Virus record (IMG/VR): IMGVR_UViG_3300028888_000119
Location: 8,732-72,731 of that record
Source: a virus
Lineage: Duplodnaviria > Caudoviricetes
Length of the DNA stretch: 64,000 bases
Direction: 5' to 3' (one strand)
The translations under genes and the position numbers were made by a program. Every line of letters begins with the position of its first letter. Position 1 is the first letter of the stretch. The notes under the pieces are model-generated. The model did no database searches and was not told the DNA's origin. It worked only from the letters and a program-made list of their open reading frames with translations. Positions 17,802 through 25,672 of the stretch are shown piece by piece.

Positions 17802-18241
17802 TCCCCAGTGCTCCCATATCCGCCGGAACCACGGTCCGTCGCATCCAACTCATCAACCTCAACGAACTCCATCGGAACAGTGCTACCCAACTTGATCTGG
17901 CCGATCCGGTCACCGACCTTGTACCTGGGCATATCCGGCATCACGTGATAGAACACCGCAGAAATCTCGCCGGTGTACCCCTCGTCAACCGTACCAACGC
18001 AGTTCGACAGCACCATCCCGGTCTTCCAGACACTGCTCCTGGGACGAAAGTCAATCCCGTACAAAGTGGTGCCGTCCCAGTACTTGCGGTCAATCTGCAG
18101 CGCGAATCCAAGTCCGTACTTCCATACATTCGGAGCAATCTGCTCTTGGCTCACCGCGTACACATCATAGCAGAAATCCCTGCCGTGAGACTTCCGGGGA
18201 ATCTGCGCCCCCGGATCCAGTTTCTTAATCTTCACTAACAT
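17798..18241 (-). CDS. dut: trimeric dUTPase
   Basis: RPRSS, GTVDEGYTGEI, GDRIGQ, DRGSGGYGSTG motifs. Confidence 0.95.
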   Translation of the reverse strand: MLVKIKKLDPGAQIPRKSHGRDFCYDVYAVSQEQIAPNVWKYGLGFALQIDRKYWDGTTLYGIDFRPRSSVWKTGMVLSNCVGTVDEGYTGEISAVFYHVMPDMPRYKVGDRIGQIKLGSTVPMEFVEVDELDATDRGSGGYGSTGE

Positions 18242-18389
18242 ATTTCTCGAAATTTACTTCCTTGCTTGCCAAACCGATTCCCTTCCGCCGCTCGATCTCG
18301 GTCCGAATGGCCACCAGTTCGTCAGTCTTCCGCCTCGCCAGAACCTCAAGGTCCGCAAGGCTCATTACTTTCCATTCGCCATTATTCAT
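18225..18389 (-). CDS. small hypothetical protein (54 aa)
   Basis: Translated by hand: MNNGEWKVMSLADLE...; TAATG overlap with the upstream HNH gene. Confidence 0.5.
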   Translation of the reverse strand: MNNGEWKVMSLADLEVLARRKTDELVAIRTEIERRKGIGLASKEVNFEKYVSED

Positions 18390-18871
18390 TATTCATATCT
18401 CCAAATAAATCCCTTACTCTTCTTGCCAAGTCCGTCCGCGCACCGCTTGATCAAAGCCCGGGACACTCCGGTCCGCTCCGACGCCTCGTGAAGGCTCGCG
18501 AACCGCCCGACACAGATCCCGTCCAGCGTGTACTGCGCCACCCTCCTGCCTGACTCCACCGGCCTTCCGGCCCTTCCCCACTTGCGCTTCTCGCTCCACC
18601 GGAGGTTCTCCACCCGGTTGTTCTCCTTATTCCCGTCCTTGTGCACCACATACGGCCGCCCCTCGGCATTCGCGAGGAACGCCCTCGCCACGAGGTACGC
18701 CACATCCACGCGGTCCATCCTTCCCTTCCAGCACAAATTCACGAACCGGCCCCTTATCAAGGACATCTCGAATCCGCCGCTGTACACCCTGCCGAGATCG
18801 CCAACCTCGTAGCGACCGCCATAGCCGGGCACCGGCTTGCGCCTTTCCTTTCTTTCCGCGACGAATATCAT
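18389..18871 (-). CDS. NUMOD4-HNH-NUMOD1 endonuclease-like protein, possibly degenerate
   Basis: KPVPGYGGRYEVGDLGRV, AYLVARAF, VVHKDGNKENNRVENLRW, VAQYTLDG...FASLHEASERTG. Confidence 0.8.
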   Translation of the reverse strand: MIFVAERKERRKPVPGYGGRYEVGDLGRVYSGGFEMSLIRGRFVNLCWKGRMDRVDVAYLVARAFLANAEGRPYVVHKDGNKENNRVENLRWSEKRKWGRAGRPVESGRRVAQYTLDGICVGRFASLHEASERTGVSRALIKRCADGLGKKSKGFIWRYE

Positions 18872-19215
18872 CTCCTGTCCTCCGCGTCCCAGATTCCGGC
18901 GGTGACGTCCTTCACCCCGGCGGCGTACTGCTCGAGGACGAACCCGTCCCCGTTGACGCTCATGTACTTGTTCCCCGCCTGGTCATACCAGCACAGCCAG
19001 TACTTCCCGTCCCGGTCCTTCACGGCATAGAAGCGCTTCACGTACCCGAGCCGGTACCTGCCGGACATCAGCGATTCACGGCTGATCGCCTTCGACACCG
19101 TCTGGACGCTCATGCCCATGTCGCACGCGGCTCCGGAGCAGGACGCATACAGCCGGGCGGTCCCGGACACGACGTCCCGGACGAGCACGGCCTTATTTCT
19201 CATGGATTCTCTCAT
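18868..19215 (-). CDS. NUMOD1-like DNA-binding domain protein
   Basis: VLVRDVVSGTARLYASCSGAACDMGMSVQTVSKAI helix-turn-helix-like pattern; first gene of the leftward block. Confidence 0.6.
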   Translation of the reverse strand: MRESMRNKAVLVRDVVSGTARLYASCSGAACDMGMSVQTVSKAISRESLMSGRYRLGYVKRFYAVKDRDGKYWLCWYDQAGNKYMSVNGDGFVLEQYAAGVKDVTAGIWDAEDRR

Positions 19216-19222
19216 TTCATGG

Positions 19223-19254
19223 CAAAAATAAGCCGTTTTTCCCGATTTTCCAAA
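19223..19254 (-). promoter_or_regulatory. leftward promoter of the divergent region
   Basis: TATTTTTG at 19230-19223, TTTG at 19254-19251, 20 nt spacer. Confidence 0.8.
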
Positions 19255-19311
19255 CTTTTGTCAACAAAAATCGCAAATTCGCAGCATCACGGTGCCGATT
19301 CTGTCGAATAG

Positions 19312-19741
19312 TGTAGAAAACGTGTAGGAAATGAATGTCTACATACACGATTTCCTACATTGCGTTCTGCGTGCCCGTGGTGCAGATTTTGGCCATTTTT
19401 GCCCGGTCTGCTGTCTAATATGAGTAAATTTTAGTGTAGGAAATTGTCTACAACCAAAATTTCCTTCATCGCTTCTAGGCTTGTCGGAGGCCGATTTTTC
19501 GATTTTAGTGTAGGAAATTGTCTAATATGAATAAAAATCCTCGCGCGCGTAATATGTGCGCGCGTATATGCGCGTACCTATATATATAGCAAACCTATCT
19601 TTTTCCTATTTTTATTTTTATTCTACACTAAATGCAATAAATACATTATAACTACTAATTAACATCAAACCAGTAACTTACACAATGTAGATAATGCTAC
19701 ATATTGGTGCACAATGTAGATAATTTTTACGAACTCCTACA
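19312..19741. repeat. cluster of 12 TGTAG/CTACA boxes including a 23-bp and a 15-bp direct repeat
   Basis: ATTTTAGTGTAGGAAATTGTCTA at 19428-19450 and 19502-19524; CACAATGTAGATAAT at 19681-19695 and 19710-19724. Confidence 0.85.
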
Positions 19742-20014
19742 TTGCACCATGATAACTCATTGACACCACGACAATTAACCAATGCAAAAAAATCACAAAA
19801 CCAGAAAAGTACCTACTACCGAGACCCTCACGCGCGCGCGAACATCAAAATTTTGAAATAAAAAAAATTTCAAAAACCCACCCGGGCATCCCTTTCCGCG
19901 CCTTGATCTGACCCCTCGCACCCCTTTCAAAAAATCGGCCGGCATACGGCTTCCAGCCTCGTATGTTGTTGATTTTCAAGTAGTTACAAATTTTTGACGG
20001 TCGCAAAAGGTCTG

Positions 20015-20038
20015 AAATGTAACATTTTTGTTACATTT
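20015..20038. repeat. perfect 10-bp inverted repeat (operator-like)
   Basis: AAATGTAACA-TTTT-TGTTACATTT. Confidence 0.8.
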
Positions 20039-20055
20039 TAAAATTTTTTGGCAAC

Positions 20056-20138
20056 TGTGGTGTGGTGTGGTGTGGTCCGGCGCCGTTTTTAAATTTTTTT
20101 AATAATGATCCCGTCACTTTTTAAATTTTTTTAATAAT
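20056..20138. repeat. (TGTGG)4 tandem followed by a 21-bp AT-only direct repeat
   Basis: TGTGG x4 at 20056-20075; TTTTTAAATTTTTTTAATAAT at 20086-20106 and 20118-20138. Confidence 0.8.
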
Positions 20139-20367
20139 CGTGTCCGGATCTGCCGGAACTTAGGTTTTTAAAATAATTTAATAAATCGTAATGTGATATT
20201 AAATTTTTTTAGATTTTGTGCCGGCTGGTTATATTTTAAAATTTTTTAAAAAGTGTGATTCGTTTATTAAAATATTTTATGTTCTTATATGCGTGCGCGC
20301 GCTATAAATAAGGTATATTTTGTAACAAAATTGTCATAAAATTGTAATGAAAATGTAACAAAAACAT

Positions 20368-20398
20368 TTTGATATTTGGAAAATAGTACCTACCTTTG
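20368..20398 (+). promoter_or_regulatory. rightward (early) promoter
   Basis: TTTG at 20368-20371, TACCTTTG at 20391-20398, 19 nt spacer. Confidence 0.8.
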
Positions 20399-20459
20399 TA
20401 ATAGCAAAAGGGGAGAAATAAAGCCCTGGAAGATGTTAAATTTTTAAAATTTAGTTATT

Positions 20460-20858
20460 ATGAAAGCGACAATTTACAAAGGTATCGAAAACATGACAAA
20501 AAAGGAAATCATTTGCGCCCGTGCCACGGAAAAGCGGAATGTTTCCGCGGAACTGGCAAATTTTGCCAACTCGTTAGAGTTTGCCGGAAAACAATTAACT
20601 GCAGTAGGGAGTGCAGCAAGAAACGCGGCAAACGCAACAAAGGGAACTTTTAAAACGTGGCTGCAAGTCGTTTCGGCTTGTTACCCTTACCAAACGGAAA
20701 ACGGGGAACTTTGCACGAAATCGAAAGGGGTGTATAAACTTCGCAAATTGTCCGGCCGTGGTGCAGCCGGGGCCGTGGTTGCTGCATCCGTTAAAAATTA
20801 CATCGATTTCAAAACGGGTCGCGTTTCTGAGTTGGTTACTATCGTAGTGCCCGAATAA
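20460..20858 (+). CDS. basic hypothetical protein, first gene of the rightward block
   Basis: 132 aa, Lys/Arg/Ala-rich, directly after the promoter. Confidence 0.7.
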   Translation: MKATIYKGIENMTKKEIICARATEKRNVSAELANFANSLEFAGKQLTAVGSAARNAANATKGTFKTWLQVVSACYPYQTENGELCTKSKGVYKLRKLSGRGAAGAVVAASVKNYIDFKTGRVSELVTIVVPE

Positions 20859-20865
20859 ATAAGTA

Positions 20866-21355
20866 TATGCCCGTGCACGGGTGAAACTTTGCACGGGTGC
20901 GAATAAATCCGGACTTTTTCGGACTGCAGAAACGCACAAAGGGACGGCCGAACGGCCCGAACGGACCTGCACAAAGCACGACGAAACAAGACGGCCCCGT
21001 TACCGCTATGATGGGGAGATAGGTAAATAGCGGACGGAACTATCGAGGAATGGCGAACTATACCTGAACGGGTACAAGCGTCGGACTGAGACCGCACGAA
21101 CGGGGCGAAAAAATCCCAATTAGTGCCATGACATTGTGTAGGTATGCCGGAGCGGTGGGTGACGCGACGAGGGCAGTAAATCCGAACAATGGATATAAAT
21201 AGCCGAACAAGATTTGGAGCGGAGGGTATCGGGATGAAACGATACTATCCGCTTTTCTTATGGGTGTAAAAGGGCGAGACGCTGGCCGACCGAATCGGCC
21301 TGCACCCACTATGATGTTTAACGAGAAGTTGCGCACGACACGAACGAAGTGCGGA
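20866..21355 (+). ncRNA. candidate large structured non-coding RNA
   Basis: About 490 nt with no credible plus-strand ORF inside a gene-dense block; at least 9 local or long-range helices found by eye (see findings). Confidence 0.55.
21218..21259 (+). terminator. terminator-like hairpin inside the RNA candidate
   Basis: AGCGGA..GTATC / GATAC..TCCGCT stem followed by TTTCTT. Confidence 0.5.
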
Positions 21356-21360
21356 AAGAT

Positions 21361-21522
21361 ATGGACGCGATCGACTGGGTTTTTATTGGGCTGGTTGCCT
21401 TGATGGTGGCAGCGATGCTTGCGCCGTTTTTCGGTGCTCCGGTGTGGACGCTGTGGGCGGTTCCGGCATTGCTGTTTGCGGTGTTGGAGGTAGGTTTTAA
21501 CATGGACAAAATAACGGAATAA
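21361..21522 (+). CDS. small membrane protein (53 aa, two hydrophobic segments)
   Basis: Translated by hand: MDAIDWVFIGLVALMVAAMLAPFFGAPVWTLWAVPALLFAVLEVGF... Confidence 0.6.
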   Translation: MDAIDWVFIGLVALMVAAMLAPFFGAPVWTLWAVPALLFAVLEVGFNMDKITE

Positions 21523-21523
21523 A

Positions 21524-21724
21524 ATGAAACTTTGGAAAGAACGAATTGCAGTAAGCGTGTTTTTCACGTTCTGCGTAGTATTGAGCATCACGATGGTGTG
21601 TTGGGGTTTTAATGTTGATAGTTATGCGTTTGCTTGCAAGGCGATTGGCTTTTGTGGGTGCATCGGTTTTCCGGTTTGCTGGCGGAATGCGTGGAACGAT
21701 TTGAGCGAGGAGGAAGAGCGATGA
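21524..21724 (+). CDS. small membrane protein
   Basis: Two hydrophobic stretches; tightly packed. Confidence 0.6.
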   Translation: MKLWKERIAVSVFFTFCVVLSITMVCWGFNVDSYAFACKAIGFCGCIGFPVCWRNAWNDLSEEEER

Positions 21725-21921
21725 ATAGGGGCCAGGCTTGGATTGTGGCGCTCTTGGGCGTGATTGCGCTTGAGGGAGCGGTTACGGCCTACGAGGTCGT
21801 GCGCATTGCGCGGAACGGTTTTGAAGTAAGTTTAACCAAGGAGCAGGCCGACGAGATCGTGGAGGAAGTAGAGGAGGCGAAGGCTGCTGCAATGGAGGAC
21901 ATGAACAATGAGAGCAATTGA
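21721..21921 (+). CDS. small membrane-anchored protein
   Basis: MNRGQAWIVALLGVIALEGAV then an acidic helix; ATGA overlap. Confidence 0.6.
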   Translation: MNRGQAWIVALLGVIALEGAVTAYEVVRIARNGFEVSLTKEQADEIVEEVEEAKAAAMEDMNNESN

Positions 21922-22165
21922 ACGAAAAGCGTTGGCGGCATTCAATGAGTGCAGGCCATTCAAGGAGAGCAACACTGAGGTTGTTGTGACCAAAGAGTCC
22001 GTGTGTGTTTATTTGTTCGGGAACATGATTGTTTGGAAAGACCGGACGACGGGCGAGGTGAGCTACAGCCATTGCGGATGGCACACACCGACGACCGCGT
22101 CCAGGTTGAGGGCGTTCGGAGCAAATGCATACATTAGGAAAGGAACATTAATAATTGAGAAATAG
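21908..22165 (+). CDS. hypothetical phage early protein
   Basis: SNTEV...VYLFGNMI...CGWHTPTTASRL pattern. Confidence 0.7.
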   Translation: MRAIERKALAAFNECRPFKESNTEVVVTKESVCVYLFGNMIVWKDRTTGEVSYSHCGWHTPTTASRLRAFGANAYIRKGTLIIEK

Positions 22166-22167
22166 TT

Positions 22168-22485
22168 ATGAACGAAGTTAAGGTTGGCGACATTCTCGCC
22201 GGAACGTTGGGTTACTCGATGGTAATCCCTTGTTTTTACGTGGTAACGAAGGTGACCGCAAAGGGCATCAAGATGTACGAGGTAGAAAAGAACATCACCG
22301 GACAGCAGGGTTATGAGACTCCGGCCGAACCGATTCGACCGAGATATGGCGAATTAGTTCCCAATGAGGTCTTTGCAAAGCCTTGCAAGGACTGGGATGG
22401 TCACTGGAAGACTGGCGGTCGCTACGACCACCGGTATGTCTCGAAGTGGGACGGACAGCCTGTTTGGGCGGATTACATGGACTAA
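22168..22485 (+). CDS. hypothetical phage early protein
   Basis: KVGDIL...GYSMVIPCFYVVTKVT pattern. Confidence 0.7.
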   Translation: MNEVKVGDILAGTLGYSMVIPCFYVVTKVTAKGIKMYEVEKNITGQQGYETPAEPIRPRYGELVPNEVFAKPCKDWDGHWKTGGRYDHRYVSKWDGQPVWADYMD

Positions 22486-22542
22486 GCGATGTTCTGCGTG
22501 GACGGGAATTATTACTTTATGAGCAAATAGGAGGAACGAAAA

Positions 22543-22851
22543 ATGAAAACGATTGAACAAGTATTGAGCGTGTGTCCGAAGCAGGACAAGGCGTATGTGT
22601 TAATGAACGGAAGATGGCACAGAATTGCCGAGCATGAGGTGCGGGCTATTCAGGTATCCGTTTGTCTCGGCTGTTTAGAGCCGCCAAGGATAAAATGCAG
22701 CAACGGGGAGGAATTGAGATGGGACAAACAACGCCCAGGGCATTTTCTCGATATTAATACCAATCTATTCCGAGTGAGTACGGAACAAACTCGGAATTTG
22801 ATGAGGGCGGAAATATTAAATGAGGAATTGGGGCGTAATGACAAGAAATAG
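22543..22851 (+). CDS. hypothetical protein
   Basis: Co-oriented; TAGGAGG 8 nt upstream. Confidence 0.65.
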   Translation: MKTIEQVLSVCPKQDKAYVLMNGRWHRIAEHEVRAIQVSVCLGCLEPPRIKCSNGEELRWDKQRPGHFLDINTNLFRVSTEQTRNLMRAEILNEELGRNDKK

Positions 22852-22857
22852 ATAGTT

Positions 22858-23052
22858 ATGAAACTCAGAGAATTGAAGCAGGGCGATAAGTTCCAGTACG
22901 CCCAGTATCCGAGCGGAGCGCCCTATGTGAAGGGCAGCAAGATTCAAGGGAGCGTGGATTTGTACTACGTGCACTCAAAATTAATCGGCTATGTATATAT
23001 GGCCGATGGTGGCGATGATGTTATCAAGATTGGAAATATTAACGAGGAATAG
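22858..23052 (+). CDS. hypothetical protein
   Basis: MKLRELKQGDKF start; tightly packed. Confidence 0.65.
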   Translation: MKLRELKQGDKFQYAQYPSGAPYVKGSKIQGSVDLYYVHSKLIGYVYMADGGDDVIKIGNINEE

Positions 23053-23054
23053 TT

Positions 23055-23351
23055 ATGGAAAAGTACAGCAACAACAAGAAATTGAACGGAGTCCTCAATG
23101 AAATCCGAGAAGACTTGTTAAGTATCCACGACACCGAGGACGAGAGCCGGAGGGAGATTGAGCACTACAAGCGCGAGTTCCCGAAGGAGATTGACTTCAA
23201 TCTGGTTCAGTATGGCAACATGCTGATTTACTACGACGACGTGAGGGCCATGTACGCCAGGCACGGATACAAGAGCATGGACCGCATGAGCGATGCCCAG
23301 GTATGGGAGACCTATAAGAGACAAGTAGGATATGTAGCAAGAACAATATAG
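23055..23351 (+). CDS. hypothetical phage protein
   Basis: QYGNMLIYYDDVR...WETYKRQVGYVAR pattern. Confidence 0.7.
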   Translation: MEKYSNNKKLNGVLNEIREDLLSIHDTEDESRREIEHYKREFPKEIDFNLVQYGNMLIYYDDVRAMYARHGYKSMDRMSDAQVWETYKRQVGYVARTI

Positions 23352-23353
23352 TT

Positions 23354-23605
23354 ATGAAAGCAACAATCAACCACGGCAAGCGGGGGACAGACATCGACAA
23401 GCTGGTTAAGGAGTATGACTTTGACTGTCCGAGAGAATACTACGGATACATTGTTGATTCGTATGTGAACGGTCATAACGATCAAGTTATCGAACTATTC
23501 AACCGGATGAAGGGAGATTTGCAAAAGAGTTTCCTCTTGAATATCGAATTCATGCAGCCGGTGTATGGAGAGAAGATTCATGATTTAATCATTAAGAGCT
23601 TATGA
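23354..23605 (+). CDS. hypothetical protein
   Basis: YIVDSYVNGH; tightly packed. Confidence 0.65.
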   Translation: MKATINHGKRGTDIDKLVKEYDFDCPREYYGYIVDSYVNGHNDQVIELFNRMKGDLQKSFLLNIEFMQPVYGEKIHDLIIKSL

Positions 23606-23835
23606 ACAAGAAAGAGATTGCCGCCTATGTGCGGAACAATGTGGAGGACTACGAGGAGCGCCTGCAGTTGGCGCTGAAGCGAATGGACCGGATGCGCTGC
23701 CCTTTGAGGATGGCGGACAACGGTTTGTATGACGAGATGTGCGATGCGGTGGAGGATTGGTGCTTTGACAACGACGTGGATTTCTACGAGATTGATCTGG
23801 AGGAGTTGATTGATGAAATCATTTGGGAGGAATGA
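23602..23835 (+). CDS. acidic hypothetical protein
   Basis: 77 aa, very acidic C-terminal half; ATGA overlap. Confidence 0.65.
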   Translation: MNKKEIAAYVRNNVEDYEERLQLALKRMDRMRCPLRMADNGLYDEMCDAVEDWCFDNDVDFYEIDLEELIDEIIWEE

Positions 23836-23971
23836 TTACGGCATTTGGCAGACCGGTTCCTCAGTTTGTGATTGACGAGCTGGTAGCGGACGGTATTCCG
23901 CTTGAAGAAATAACCACTGAGTTTATTGAAACATCCTTCGAGTATGAGCGAAGGGATAACGAGGAATAAAT

Positions 23972-24163
23972 ATGGCACAGCGAGTAACATTGCGCCAGGC
24001 TGTGGAATTGTTGAAGCAGCAGGGCATTGATGTCGAATGGAATGATTTGACGCTGGAGGACTTCTTCATTTATTTCGACCATCATTACAAGGCTGACTGC
24101 GAGAACGGCACGTTCCCGAGGGTCAGTTTCTTTTTCACTGACATCTTAGAGATTTTTAGGTAA
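23972..24163 (+). CDS. hypothetical protein
   Basis: 63 aa, abuts the next gene. Confidence 0.6.
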   Translation: MAQRVTLRQAVELLKQQGIDVEWNDLTLEDFFIYFDHHYKADCENGTFPRVSFFFTDILEIFR

Positions 24164-24670
24164 ATGAGACGAGTAAAAGTGGTATTGGTCTGCGACGAGG
24201 GATTCGTGGCGGACAGTCTGCGGGACTTTGCGACCGCATATGAGGACAACTTCGGCGACTGGCACGAGGTCGAGCATGGCAGTGGATTCCTTGAATTCAT
24301 CGAGGAGCCGGATCCTGAGCCGAGCTTGGCGGAAGTGTTCGACAAGAAGAGGGAGTCTGTTATGGACGAGAGAGAGAGGCGACGCAGGGAATTAGAAAGG
24401 ATGGATGAAGAGGAGAGGGCGTGGATTATGGAGATGGCCGAGAAACTCGCCTTCCTGCGGGAGCGTGGTTTTGAGGTCAAGACACATTTCGGAGGAATCG
24501 TGAACGGATGGCCGTACAACTACGTTCACATCGGTCGTGGACGCTGGGTGGATATTGAGGGGAGTTCTGTCCGCAGGAAAGACGGAACGCTTGACCAGTG
24601 TTCTCCGTACATCGAAAATTACAACAACCCGACGATGGAGGCTCTTCTCGAAGAGATTGCGACATGGTAG
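24164..24670 (+). CDS. hypothetical protein
   Basis: 168 aa with a central E/R-rich coiled segment. Confidence 0.65.
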   Translation: MRRVKVVLVCDEGFVADSLRDFATAYEDNFGDWHEVEHGSGFLEFIEEPDPEPSLAEVFDKKRESVMDERERRRRELERMDEEERAWIMEMAEKLAFLRERGFEVKTHFGGIVNGWPYNYVHIGRGRWVDIEGSSVRRKDGTLDQCSPYIENYNNPTMEALLEEIATW

Positions 24671-24909
24671 GCAACGCAATCTACCTGCTTTTCTGCAAGC
24701 ATCTGAGCGACGGCCAGGGCGGTCACGAGATACTGCAGACACCGCACGCGACTTTTGACGGAGCGTACGAGCACATGCAAGCAATTAAGGAACACTTTGA
24801 AAGCAAGGATTTCGAAGTGAAGGAAGTACCGGACGGGTCGTTCTATGTGACCGGGCCGTTCGGGTTCAAGAGACTTTATTATGTAGTAACAAGTACAATA
24901 GAGAAATAA
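24664..24909 (+). CDS. hypothetical protein
   Basis: Start trimmed to MVGNAIYLL (24664). Confidence 0.55.
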   Translation: MVGNAIYLLFCKHLSDGQGGHEILQTPHATFDGAYEHMQAIKEHFESKDFEVKEVPDGSFYVTGPFGFKRLYYVVTSTIEK

Positions 24910-24911
24910 TC

Positions 24912-25640
24912 ATGGCAAAGACAGAATTTAAGCACTCCTACAAGGAGTTTGGAGCGGAAGCAATCTGCACGAGGGTCCAGCAGATGCTGGCATTCAGGGA
25001 CGAAGTGGATGTGCCCGAGTCTCATGTAAAATTCAGCTACGACAATCGGAAGACTGGCGCGCTTGTTCCGTCGGTCAGTTTGATTCCGGTGGCCGACTGC
25101 GGGAACTGCGCGGTTTGCGCGAAGGGATGCTATGACGTGCGTAACGTCTGCTTCCAGAAGACAGTGCAGAAGAGCCGTGCCAACAACAGCGCGATTCTGC
25201 AGAATGACCCTGGCAAGTACTGGAGGGAGATTGAGCAGCGAATCAGCTGCCTGCGGTTCTTCCGATTCCATGTGGGCGGAGACATCAAGGACTACAGTTA
25301 CTTCGTTAACATGGTCGGTATTGCGATGAGGAATCCTCACTGCGAGATCCTGGCATTCACGAAGATGTACGACATCGTCAATGAATTCATCAGCTACGCT
25401 GGTGGGGTTGATGCGATGCCGAAGAACTTGCACATCATCTTCTCGGATTGGCGCGGGGCCGAGTTTGAGAATCCGTACAACTTGCCGGTTAGCAGCCCGA
25501 TTTGGCCGGACGGTACGAAGGGCCCGCACTGCACAGACAAGGTGTATATGTGTGAGGGTGACTGCAGTGCGTGTGCTGAGACGCGCAATGGTTGCTGGGC
25601 GGCGAAGAGAGGTGAAACAATTTTATTTGAAGCGCACTGA
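24912..25640 (+). CDS. GP88-like Cys-rich protein
   Basis: DNRKTG..VPSVSL..VADCGNCAVCAKGCY, FRFHVGGDI, AFTK, IIFS, C-terminal CEGDCSAC..GCW. Confidence 0.8.
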   Translation: MAKTEFKHSYKEFGAEAICTRVQQMLAFRDEVDVPESHVKFSYDNRKTGALVPSVSLIPVADCGNCAVCAKGCYDVRNVCFQKTVQKSRANNSAILQNDPGKYWREIEQRISCLRFFRFHVGGDIKDYSYFVNMVGIAMRNPHCEILAFTKMYDIVNEFISYAGGVDAMPKNLHIIFSDWRGAEFENPYNLPVSSPIWPDGTKGPHCTDKVYMCEGDCSACAETRNGCWAAKRGETILFEAH

Positions 25641-25672
25641 TATATGGCACAATTATTGTAGGCACGTATATT

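Noticed and set aside
11628-18871. Self-splicing introns hosting the two HNH genes
   Set aside because: Both HNH genes are free-standing between complete ORFs; no neighbouring gene is interrupted.
19965-19990. TTGATTTTCAAGTAGTTAC as an attachment or dif-like site (loosely similar text at 19660-19681 and 41263-41290)
   Set aside because: Similarity among copies is weak and AT-rich, and no tyrosine recombinase is present in the window.
19300-20400. CRISPR mini-array
   Set aside because: Repeats occur only as pairs, with different sequences and irregular spacing, and no cas genes are present.
21058-21591. 177-aa minus-strand ORF across the RNA candidate
   Set aside because: Antisense to the early block, overlaps credible plus-strand genes, and has no protein-like composition.
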